Origin: Bacillota bacterium
Lineage (GTDB): Bacteria > Bacillota > Clostridia > Oscillospirales > Oscillospiraceae
Direction of reading: 5' to 3'
DNA length: 64,000 nt
Assembly: GCA_030529825.1 (NCBI GenBank)
Contig: JAUMWD010000008.1
Coordinates: forward strand, 321-64,320
Under the pieces are notes generated by a model, which had not been told where the DNA came from, ran no database searches, and saw only the letters and a list, made by a program, of their open reading frames with translations. Each line of letters begins with the position of its first letter. Position 1 is the stretch's first letter. Below, one piece after another: positions 44,334 through 52,345 of the stretch. Both the position numbers and the translations under genes were made by a program.

Positions 44334-45656
44334 ATGAGTAATTTAATCTTTTCCTGCGGCGCAGGCTGTTTTGAAGGCTTTGAAGAATCCGGCTGTATCC
44401 AGCTGAAGGGAATCCGCTACGCCGTCTCCCAACGCTTTGCAGAGCCCGCACCCTATGTGTATCCCGCAGGTGTTCACGCTTGCAAAGAGCCCTCTCCCTA
44501 TGCAGTCCAGCTTCCCTCTGCCGCAGAGGGAAATTTTTCGGGCATGGATTACGAAAATCAGAAGCAGGAGGAAAGCTGTCAGTATCTTTCCATGACGATT
44601 CCCGCCGATTTGAAAGAAGGCGAAAAAGTGCCTGTCATGGTATGGATTCACGGCGGCGCTTACCGCAACGGCGGCTGCGACGCCATAACCTATGACCGCA
44701 CACGCATGGTAAAAGAAAACCGTGTGATTTTAGTGGGGCTCAACTACCGCATTGGTATTCTCGGCTTTTCCAGAGACCGTTCCGGCAGCTTTGCAAATCT
44801 CGGTCTCCTTGATTTGATAGAGGGGCTGCGTTGGGTAAAAAGCAATATTGCCGCATTTCACGGCGACACGGACTGTATCACCGTTTTCGGACAGTCCGCC
44901 GGCGCGGATGCTGTCCGCTGCCTGATGATTTCCCACGGCACAGAGGGGCTGTTTCATCGCTGTATCATAGAAAGCGACCCCATCGGCACACTGACGGGCC
45001 GCGAGGATATGGAGCAGAAAATTCTTGACGAAGTCAACGCCATGCCCATAGACGCCTCTGTTGAGGAGGTTCTTGCCACCCAGGCAGCCGTCACCGCCCA
45101 TGTTACGGAAAAAGGTCTGGCAAAATATATGATATTCGGCCCCCATGCAGGCGTATATCCGCTTCCGCCCCAAAACGAAGCCGATAAAAAGCTCAAGGAA
45201 GCCGCAAAAAAATATGATTTGCTTATGGGCTCCAACACCCGCGAGGTCTCTGCCTATTTGATTGATAAAGAGCCTGTTAAAAAGCTTGACGGTTTTCCCC
45301 TGACAAAATGGATAATCGAGCTGGTTGTCGGCACGCTGAGCAAAAAGATTTTCATCAAGCCCACAGAGGAGTTTGCGGCTCGGTATGCAGCTTTCGGCGG
45401 AAACGCCTATCTGTATTCCTTCAGCTGGGGCGCCGGAAAAAGCTTTGTGGGCGCATGCCATATGATGGAGTTTTTGCCCCTCTTCGGCAGCGACTATCTG
45501 AAGAAGGATCTCGCCAAGATGGGAATGAGCGACGAAGAGATTCACAAGCAGGGTATTCCCATGAGAAAAATCTGGGCGGAATTTGCACGAACCGGAAAGA
45601 TCTCGACAAGTGAAGTTAAGGGAATGCTCAAGATAACTCCTTGCGAAGTAAAATAA
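44334..45656 (+). CDS. Type-B carboxylesterase (para-nitrobenzyl-esterase-like)
   Basis: 440 aa; oxyanion VMVWIHGGAYRNGG, nucleophile elbow FGQSAGA. Confidence 0.85.
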   Translation: MSNLIFSCGAGCFEGFEESGCIQLKGIRYAVSQRFAEPAPYVYPAGVHACKEPSPYAVQLPSAAEGNFSGMDYENQKQEESCQYLSMTIPADLKEGEKVPVMVWIHGGAYRNGGCDAITYDRTRMVKENRVILVGLNYRIGILGFSRDRSGSFANLGLLDLIEGLRWVKSNIAAFHGDTDCITVFGQSAGADAVRCLMISHGTEGLFHRCIIESDPIGTLTGREDMEQKILDEVNAMPIDASVEEVLATQAAVTAHVTEKGLAKYMIFGPHAGVYPLPPQNEADKKLKEAAKKYDLLMGSNTREVSAYLIDKEPVKKLDGFPLTKWIIELVVGTLSKKIFIKPTEEFAARYAAFGGNAYLYSFSWGAGKSFVGACHMMEFLPLFGSDYLKKDLAKMGMSDEEIHKQGIPMRKIWAEFARTGKISTSEVKGMLKITPCEVK

Positions 45657-45658
45657 AA

Positions 45659-45695
45659 AGAAGGACTTGTATCAAAATACAAGTCCTTCTTTTTT
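45659..45695 (+). terminator. Hairpin/terminator copy B (same 13-bp stem, loop tcaaaa)
   Basis: 45659-45690 is the exact reverse complement of 44188-44219; followed by T5. Confidence 0.65.
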
Positions 45696-45730
45696 CTGTC
45701 CCCATATGTAGCTTTCCGTGGGTTTGGCTA

Positions 45731-45759
45731 TTGACTTTTACTCCGGAGAGAGGTATAAT
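45731..45759 (+). promoter_or_regulatory. Near-consensus sigma-A promoter of abrB-like/ABC operon
   Basis: TTGACT - 17 nt - TATAAT. Confidence 0.55.
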
Positions 45760-45795
45760 TTGTTATACAAATCATACTTGAAAGGAATTTTTAAT

Positions 45796-46002
45796 ATGGC
45801 TAATCCTCAAGGAAAATACGCATGGACCGCCACCGTTGGCGAAAAGGGGCAGATTGTCATTCCCAAACAGGCAAGGGAGCTTTTCAACATACATCCCGGC
45901 GACACTCTGCTTCTGCTGGGCGACGAGCAGTTGGGCATTGCCATTCCGCCTCAGGCGCAGTTTGAGGAGATATACACGAAAATCTTCGGAGGTCAAGGCT
46001 GA
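45796..46002 (+). CDS. AbrB/MazE/SpoVT-family DNA-binding protein
   Basis: 68 aa from ATG 45796; swapped-hairpin motif GQIVIPKQARELFNIHPGDTLLLLGD; stop overlaps the next ATG (TGATG). Confidence 0.75.
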   Translation: MANPQGKYAWTATVGEKGQIVIPKQARELFNIHPGDTLLLLGDEQLGIAIPPQAQFEEIYTKIFGGQG

Positions 46003-46724
46003 TGAGTGTTGCCGAAATCAAAAATCTGTGCAAGGAGTATCCCGCTTTCAGGCTGCAGGATGTTTCCTTTGAGCTGCGCTCCGGCAGAATCACCGGCTTC
46101 ATCGGGCGCAACGGTGCGGGCAAAACCACAACCATAAAGTCCATGCTCAACCTTGTGCATCCCTCCTCGGGAGAGATATATTATTTCGGTCTTCCCCTTA
46201 AGGGAAACGAGGCGGAAATCAAGGGGCGCATCGGCTATTCCACGGGCGCGGCAAACTACTATCCCAAAAAGAAGCTCAAGGAGCTTGCGGCAGTCACAAA
46301 AAGCTTTTTCCCTAATTGGGACGAGGCGGCATACAAAGAATATCTTGAGCTGTTTCAGCTTGACGAGGAGAAAAGCCCATCGGAGCTTTCCGAGGGCATG
46401 AAGGTCAAATGCAATCTGCTGCTTGCCCTGTCCCACAGGGCGGAAATCCTCATTCTCGACGAGCCCACCAGCGGTCTTGACCCCTTTTCCCGTGACGAGC
46501 TTCTGGATTTGTTCCTTCTTCTTAAGGAGCGCGGCGTTGCAATTCTCTTCTCCACCCACATAACCTCCGACCTTGAAAAATGCGCCGACGACATCGTCTA
46601 CATCCGCAGGGGAAAAATCGCCGCCGCAGCCACAAGGGAGGAATTTCAGCGCAGTCTCGGTCTTGAGGGCGAAACCCTCGAGGAAACCATGCTCCGTCTT
46701 GAAAAGGAGGCCCGCCATGACTAA
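46002..46724 (+). CDS. ABC transporter ATP-binding protein
   Basis: 240 aa; GRNGAGKTT, LSEGMKVK, ILILDEP. Confidence 0.88.
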   Translation: MSVAEIKNLCKEYPAFRLQDVSFELRSGRITGFIGRNGAGKTTTIKSMLNLVHPSSGEIYYFGLPLKGNEAEIKGRIGYSTGAANYYPKKKLKELAAVTKSFFPNWDEAAYKEYLELFQLDEEKSPSELSEGMKVKCNLLLALSHRAEILILDEPTSGLDPFSRDELLDLFLLLKERGVAILFSTHITSDLEKCADDIVYIRRGKIAAAATREEFQRSLGLEGETLEETMLRLEKEARHD

Positions 46725-47370
46725 GCTTCTAAAAAAAGAGCTGAAGCTCACCGCTTCGCCGCTTTCATTTTTATTCATCGCCTTTGCGTTTATGGCACTG
46801 CTCCCCGGCTACCCCATTCTTTTGGGCGCATTTTTCATCTGCCTCGGAATTTTTCAGACCTTCCAGCTTTTAAGAGATACAAACGACATTCTCTTCTCCG
46901 CGCTGCTGCCCGTTGCCAAGTCGGATGTTGTGAAGAGCAAGTATGCCTTCTGCGTTTTCATTGAGCTTTGCGGCTTTGCCGTTATGGTCATTCTGACTCT
47001 TGTGAGAATGACGCTTCTGAAGGATTCGGCAGTTTACCGCGCAAACGCGCTCATGACCGCAAACCTTGTTTATCTCGGCTTTGCCCTTGTGGTTTTCGGC
47101 TGCTTCAATGCCGTTTTCCTGCGGGGATTTTTCAAAACGGCCTATTACTACGGCAAGCCCTTTATATGGTTTATTGTCGTAGCATTAATTGTAATCGGCA
47201 TTGCCGAAGCACTGCACCACATTCCCGGGTTTGAGGCTGTGAATTCCTTCGGCTTTGAGCATATACCGCTTCAGCTGTCCGCGCTCCTCGGCGGCATGAT
47301 GCTTTTTGCGGCATTAACCCTTCTGTCTCTCAAAGCGTCTGTAAACAATTTCGAAAAAATCGACCTGTAA
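46717..47370 (+). CDS. ABC-2 family transporter permease
   Basis: 217 aa from ATG 46717 (overlaps the ATPase stop by 8 nt); ~6 TM helices. Confidence 0.65.
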   Translation: MTKLLKKELKLTASPLSFLFIAFAFMALLPGYPILLGAFFICLGIFQTFQLLRDTNDILFSALLPVAKSDVVKSKYAFCVFIELCGFAVMVILTLVRMTLLKDSAVYRANALMTANLVYLGFALVVFGCFNAVFLRGFFKTAYYYGKPFIWFIVVALIVIGIAEALHHIPGFEAVNSFGFEHIPLQLSALLGGMMLFAALTLLSLKASVNNFEKIDL

Positions 47371-47379
47371 ACCCATACG

Positions 47380-47418
47380 AAAAAGCACAAAGCCTCGGCT
47401 TTGTGCTTTTTATTTTTT
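47380..47418 (+). terminator. Rho-independent terminator
   Basis: 10-bp stem gcacaaagcc/ggctttgtgc, T5aT6. Confidence 0.7.
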
Positions 47419-47481
47419 GAGAGCTTGATTTTTTCGCAGGCCGCTATATAATAGCAAGGTAAATCCGATTATGAAAAAGGT

Positions 47482-48624
47482 ATGTATATGAAGCTTTTGT
47501 GTAAAATTCTTCGGCTGGATCCCGACTCCCGTGAGGGTATAATCTCGGGCACCTCGGCCCTCGGTATAATCGTCAATCTGCTGATTGCCGCCATGAAGGT
47601 CATCCTCGGTATGCTGGCCAATTCCATCGCCATCATATCCGAAGGTGTCAATAATGCCTCCGATGCGCTGACAAGCGTACTCACCCTTGTGGGCACAAAG
47701 CTTGCAGGCAAAAAGCCCGACGCAAAGCACCCCTTCGGCCACGGGCGAATTGAATATCTCACCAGCCTGACCATTGCCATCCTGATAATTGTCACCGGTG
47801 TTGAAATGCTCATCAGCGCCGTGGGCCTCATATTCAAGCCCGAGGAAATGGACATTTCAGTCGTTGCCCTTGCAGCAGTTGCAATATCCGCCGTTATTAA
47901 ATTCTTCCTCGGTATTTTTACCATAAAGCAGGGCAAACGAGCCGACTCCGGCGCGCTGGTCGCCGTAGGTCTTGACTGCCGCAACGACTCCTTCGTTTCC
48001 GTCATCACCATCCTCTCCGCCGTTGTCTTCCTCGTCTTCGATTTTTCCGTTGACGCCTATGTGGGCGTGTTTACCTCTCTGCTGATTCTCAAGGCAGGTG
48101 TTGAGGTCCTCCTGGACACCTTATCCGAGCTTCTGGGCAGACCCGGGGATGCCGAGCTTGCAGCGAAGCTCTACAAGGAAATCCGCGCCACTGAGGGCGT
48201 ACTGGGTGCCGCCGACATGATGCTTCACAACTACGGGCCGGAGGCATATTCAGGCTCCGTAAATATAGAAATCGACCACGAAAAAACCGTGGGCGAAATA
48301 TACGAGATTATCCATGCGCTTCAGCTACGCATCATGCGTGAATATAAGGTCACCATGGTGTTCGGCATCTACGCCGTGGACAACGATCACGAGGATGTAA
48401 AGCAGATACGCAAGACCATCGCCGACTTTGTCGTGAGGCAGGAGCATGTCAAGAGCTTCCACGCCGTTTATCTCGATCCCAATTCCCCCAGACTCTACTG
48501 CGACCTCATTGTTGACTATGACATGAAGGACTGGGACTTCCTACGCAGCGAATTCACCGCCTACATGGGCGAGCATTTCCCCCGAAACGAAATTGTCCTC
48601 ACGGTTGAAACCGAGTTTGTCTGA
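47482..48624 (+). CDS. Cation diffusion facilitator (CDF) family transporter
   Basis: 380 aa; AIISEGVNNASD and HPFGHGRIEYL motifs, C-terminal cytoplasmic domain. Confidence 0.85.
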   Translation: MYMKLLCKILRLDPDSREGIISGTSALGIIVNLLIAAMKVILGMLANSIAIISEGVNNASDALTSVLTLVGTKLAGKKPDAKHPFGHGRIEYLTSLTIAILIIVTGVEMLISAVGLIFKPEEMDISVVALAAVAISAVIKFFLGIFTIKQGKRADSGALVAVGLDCRNDSFVSVITILSAVVFLVFDFSVDAYVGVFTSLLILKAGVEVLLDTLSELLGRPGDAELAAKLYKEIRATEGVLGAADMMLHNYGPEAYSGSVNIEIDHEKTVGEIYEIIHALQLRIMREYKVTMVFGIYAVDNDHEDVKQIRKTIADFVVRQEHVKSFHAVYLDPNSPRLYCDLIVDYDMKDWDFLRSEFTAYMGEHFPRNEIVLTVETEFV

Positions 48625-48634
48625 CTACATACGC

Positions 48635-48666
48635 AAAAAGACATCCGCAAAGCGGATGTCTTTTTT
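48635..48666. terminator. Bidirectional terminator
   Basis: 9-bp stem gacatccgc/gcggatgtc flanked by A5/T6. Confidence 0.7.
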
Positions 48667-48690
48667 GCTTACGGATTGTCTGCCGTATTC

Positions 48691-49458
48691 TCACAGCTCC
48701 TTCACCGTCAGAGGCTTTCTGCATGGAACACGATGATACTTAACATCGGGATAGCCGATGACCATACAGGTTTTCGCCTCATGTCCCTTGGGAAGCTGAA
48801 GAATTCTTCGCACCTTGCCGCTGAGCCTTGTGCAGACGACGAAGAATCCGCTGTACAGCACACCCAAGCCCAGGCTCTCCGCCATAAGCTCCATGTAGGA
48901 GGAGGCGAGATTTGCGTTGCCCGTGGATTTCGCGGAAACCACGATTACAAGCGGCGCTCCCTTGAAGAAAAATTTGTCGTCAATCTCCATATTTGCGGCA
49001 GAGGGATATACAGGCGTTGCCAGCTTGCTGCCCTTGCGGAAAAGCTTCACGCAGATTTCCTCAAGCTCCGCCTGCCTGCTGCCCAGAATCGTAAAGGCCA
49101 CATCCTGGGAGTTGGAGGCCGTAGGACAGTATCTTCCCGCCTCTAAAATCATCTCCAGCTTTTCGGGCTCAACCGCCTTCTCCTTGAAGCGGCGAACGCT
49201 TCTGCGGCTCTTCATGGCCTGCAGGAGCTTATGATTGTCAAACTCGCTCATGCTGACGAGTTCGCCGCCGTCAGTCTCCATGCCGTTCAGGGAAACAGCG
49301 CCTGCAGGACACACTGCATAGCAGTGGCCGCATTTAATACAGCCTGCTTCCTTTGTTTCCGCCTTGCCGTCAGCAATTCGCAGATAGCCCGTGACGCAGT
49401 CCTTCACGCACTCTCCGCAGCCCACGCATTTTTCCTTGTCGATTATAACAGGCTTCAT
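48691..49458 (-). CDS. Nitroreductase-family protein with N-terminal 2x[4Fe-4S] ferredoxin domain
   Basis: 255 aa from ATG 49458 (GGAGGA SD); CVGCGEC and CIKCGHCYAVCP, then RRSVRRF nitroreductase motif. Confidence 0.8.
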   Translation of the reverse strand: MKPVIIDKEKCVGCGECVKDCVTGYLRIADGKAETKEAGCIKCGHCYAVCPAGAVSLNGMETDGGELVSMSEFDNHKLLQAMKSRRSVRRFKEKAVEPEKLEMILEAGRYCPTASNSQDVAFTILGSRQAELEEICVKLFRKGSKLATPVYPSAANMEIDDKFFFKGAPLVIVVSAKSTGNANLASSYMELMAESLGLGVLYSGFFVVCTRLSGKVRRILQLPKGHEAKTCMVIGYPDVKYHRVPCRKPLTVKEL

Positions 49459-49533
49459 ACTCTTCCTCCGGTTTTTCATTTTTCCGCCGCAGCGCTCTGT
49501 CTGCGGCACTTTTGCTTAAGATTATATCAAAGG

Positions 49534-49567
49534 AAAAAGACTTTTACCATAGGGTAAAAGTCTTTTT
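49534..49567 (-). terminator. Terminator of LRR lipoprotein gene
   Basis: 11-bp stem agacttttacc/ggtaaaagtct flanked by A/T runs. Confidence 0.65.
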
Positions 49568-49571
49568 AATT

Positions 49572-50435
49572 TCAGTCTGCCTCGCAAACGATCTTTACCG
49601 TTACATCGCCGGTGATAGTAACGGAAAGCATGGGATTTGCGGGATCGTCAATGACGAGGTCACCCTCTACCACCTCATACCGCACGAAGTGATAGGGCTC
49701 ATCGTCCATGTAGTCCTCGTGGTTATACTCAAAAAGCTGGCCCTCGGGAACATACATAGTTCCCTCCTCGGTGTAATCCTCCGTTCCGCTATCAACAACA
49801 TAGTTGAAGGCATAGAGGGTGGTGTAGCTGATTTCGCCGCCGTAGTCGAGCATATTACCCTCGTGCCACGCACCGCTGCTGCGGACATAGGCGGAGGCGG
49901 TGACATTCTCAAAAGCGTTGTCGGCAATGAAATCGGGTGTTCCGTCAAAGTAGACATCCAAAGTGCCGCAGTCGGCAAAGGCACTGTCGCAGATGGAGCT
50001 GACGGATTCGGGGATTGTAAGAATGCTTCCCTCATAAAAGCCGCAGCCTGCAAAGGCGCTGCTGCCGATGGCTTCAAGCTCGGAAAAGATGCCTAAATCA
50101 AAAACTCCGTTATTCGTGCCGGCGCCCTTAAATGCATTGCTGCCGATATAGCTCACATCGCCGAATATCTGCACGGAATCGGTGGCGGCAAGGATGTCGT
50201 TCCAGGGGCGGAGCGCAGGGTCCTCAAAGTCCATCATTTTTCCTTCGCCGTCAATCCAAATGCTGCTGTCATACACAACAACGCGGACATCCTCCGCATT
50301 GTCGGCACCCACAAGCCAGGGGTCCTCCTCGGTGCCGCTGCCCTCGATTTTATCTGCGGAACCGCAGGCGGAAAGGCACATAAGGGAAACAAGCATAAGC
50401 ACTGCCAAGAGCAGAGCGATTGGTTTTTTTCTCAT
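49572..50435 (-). CDS. Lipoprotein with BspA-type leucine-rich repeats
   Basis: 287 aa; lipobox CLSACG; repeats IGSNAFKGAG / IGSSAFAGCG / ICDSAFADCG / IADNAFENV. Confidence 0.7.
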   Translation of the reverse strand: MRKKPIALLLAVLMLVSLMCLSACGSADKIEGSGTEEDPWLVGADNAEDVRVVVYDSSIWIDGEGKMMDFEDPALRPWNDILAATDSVQIFGDVSYIGSNAFKGAGTNNGVFDLGIFSELEAIGSSAFAGCGFYEGSILTIPESVSSICDSAFADCGTLDVYFDGTPDFIADNAFENVTASAYVRSSGAWHEGNMLDYGGEISYTTLYAFNYVVDSGTEDYTEEGTMYVPEGQLFEYNHEDYMDDEPYHFVRYEVVEGDLVIDDPANPMLSVTITGDVTVKIVCEAD

Positions 50436-50524
50436 TTTTTACTCCCTAACCAAAAGATTTACCACTTCCCGTGACAGAGAAATTTTATCACAAGTCCGAC
50501 CGCGGCGCAACACCCTCGGAATTC

Positions 50525-50564
50525 AAAAAGCTCCCCGACACATTTTGTGTCGGGGAGCTTTTAT
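50525..50564 (-). terminator. Rho-independent terminator following the micro-ORF
   Basis: 13-bp stem agctccccgacac/gtgtcggggagct; U-run on the minus strand (A5 at 50525-50529). Confidence 0.7.
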
Positions 50565-50576
50565 GTACAGTCTTAA

Positions 50577-50636
50577 TCAGAAGGGCCAGTCAAAAACCGC
50601 ATTGAAGAAGAACCAGAGAGCGAGCTTGGTAATCAT
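50577..50636 (-). CDS. Candidate micro-protein, 19 aa: MITKLALWFFFNAVFDWPF
   Basis: ATG 50636 preceded by AGGAGG (50644-50649, 7-nt spacing); TGA at 50579-50577; terminator 13 nt later; candidate promoter TTCGCA-17-GATAAT at 50670-50698. Below the ORF-track length cut-off. Confidence 0.35.
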   Translation of the reverse strand: MITKLALWFFFNAVFDWPF

Positions 50637-50758
50637 CGTTTTTCCTCCTTAAAGTATTTGCGCATTTATATTATCGCCTTCACTAATATTTATGCGAAAA
50701 CACCGCCGAATATTACTCAAGGGAGGAAAAATCCGTAAATTTTTTATTATCGGCGTCT

Positions 50759-52345
50759 TCAGCCGCCTATTGCCTCTGTCTTGAAGATAAAAATCACGGA
50801 GGAGGTGGCGGCGGCGGTGCGGGTGGTAAAAATATCGTATTCCTGACCAAAGGCCAGCCATTCCTTCATTCTCATGGCAAGATGCTCCGCCTGAACCTCG
50901 GTGAGGGCGGAGAGGTCGGCATACTTTTCCGTGATGTTCATTATGCTCTCCATGGTTTCACCGTTGAGCAGCGTCTCAAAGCTGTCTATGGTTTCGCGGC
51001 TGTCCTTCAGCACATCGACGAGATTGCGCAGACGGCGCACCGTATCGGGCAGATTGTCCACAGACTTTTTGACCTCCGCATCCGCAAGGTCATTCTTCAG
51101 GCTTTCCACCACGGACATGAGCTGCATGGCATCTCCGGAAAGCCCCGAGAGCTGGCTTATATTGGAGTCAAAGCGGGACAGCAGACTCATGAGATTTGAA
51201 AATTCCCTGCTGCCTAAAATCTTCTCTATTCCACTGGTGTCAATGCTCTCCAGCTCGGTCACAAGACGCTCCATAAGCGCAAGGTTTTCATCGGTGACAT
51301 ACTTGTCCATGAGCTCTAACAGCTCACGGTTTTCATTGTAAAGCTCGCCGGCCTCGCCCACCGCAGCCAGAAGCTTTTCCGCCTGGGCGGCACCGCCGTA
51401 GAGCATCTGCATAAGCTCGTTGACATCCAACGCCGAGAAGGCGTTGAGCAAGCCCTCAATATCCGCAAGGGCAGTCTTAAGGCCCTCAACACCGTCCAAT
51501 GCACCCTCGCCGCCCAAAGCAAAGACGGAGGAGAAGGGTACGGCGGCAAACATCATGTTGCTTATGGAAAAGCTCTCTGTGTCGGCGCTGACGGAATACT
51601 CCGTCTTGGTAACGGCGTCGCCTAACAGAGGCGTCTGCAGACTGTCTAAAGCAAGGCTTTCATTCATGCCGGGAACGCCCACAAAGAACACCAGCTTATG
51701 GGAGCCGTCTCCGAGAACGGCGGCGTTTTGAGTTGTAACATTTTCAAAGCTCTCCTCGGGGAGAATCATGCCGCCCACGAAGAGAATGGGGCAGGTAATG
51801 GTTTCGCTGCCGCCGCCGATGCTGACGCTTTTCGTGAGCTTATTTTCAACCTTGATGTCCAGCTTAACATTACCGCTTTTGCCCGAAAGCTCCTCATAGC
51901 TGATTTCCTCTCCGTCAAGGTAATACTTTATGCTGATGCTTATGGGCGGCTCATCTTGGGTGCTTCCGCTGTAATACAGCTCGGTGGCTTCCATATCCCA
52001 ATACATACGGTTGTCCTCATATACCGGGTCTATGAAGGTTTTCACATCGCTTATGTCGGACAGGTTGGTCACATCCTCAATTCTCACCTGAGGAAGGTCC
52101 GTATGTATGCAGTCGGTTACGCTGGTGCCGGCAACACTTCCGTCGGGGCGGAGGTTTACATACACGGACTCCTCCTTATATACGGGAGTATCGGAAAGAG
52201 CAAAGGTTTGGTGGGGAGCCGCGCTCTCCGTCGCCTCGGGTTCTGCCTCGCTATCGCCGTCTCCGCAGCTGCAGAGGGAAAACAGCAGTGCCGCGGCCAG
52301 CAGCACACAGACAAGGCGTGAAAAAATGTTCTTATTTGTATTCAT
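50759..52345 (-). CDS. Lipoprotein with long C-terminal helical/coiled-coil region (YhgE/Pip-like repeats, tentative)
   Basis: 528 aa from ATG 52345 (GGAGG SD); lipobox LFSLCSCG; C-terminal half rich in Leu/Glu heptad-like segments; overlaps the MMPL gene stop by 14 nt. Confidence 0.65.
   Translation of the reverse strand: MNTNKNIFSRLVCVLLAAALLFSLCSCGDGDSEAEPEATESAAPHQTFALSDTPVYKEESVYVNLRPDGSVAGTSVTDCIHTDLPQVRIEDVTNLSDISDVKTFIDPVYEDNRMYWDMEATELYYSGSTQDEPPISISIKYYLDGEEISYEELSGKSGNVKLDIKVENKLTKSVSIGGGSETITCPILFVGGMILPEESFENVTTQNAAVLGDGSHKLVFFVGVPGMNESLALDSLQTPLLGDAVTKTEYSVSADTESFSISNMMFAAVPFSSVFALGGEGALDGVEGLKTALADIEGLLNAFSALDVNELMQMLYGGAAQAEKLLAAVGEAGELYNENRELLELMDKYVTDENLALMERLVTELESIDTSGIEKILGSREFSNLMSLLSRFDSNISQLSGLSGDAMQLMSVVESLKNDLADAEVKKSVDNLPDTVRRLRNLVDVLKDSRETIDSFETLLNGETMESIMNITEKYADLSALTEVQAEHLAMRMKEWLAFGQEYDIFTTRTAAATSSVIFIFKTEAIGG

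Noticed and set aside
43321-47420. Integrative element at tRNA-Pro (searched for an integrase and for a direct repeat of the tRNA 3' end).
   Set aside because: No integrase or recombinase ORF is present. By eye I found no copy of the tRNA 3' segment (gagtctccccactcgg) downstream. The observation is kept only as a compositional islet.
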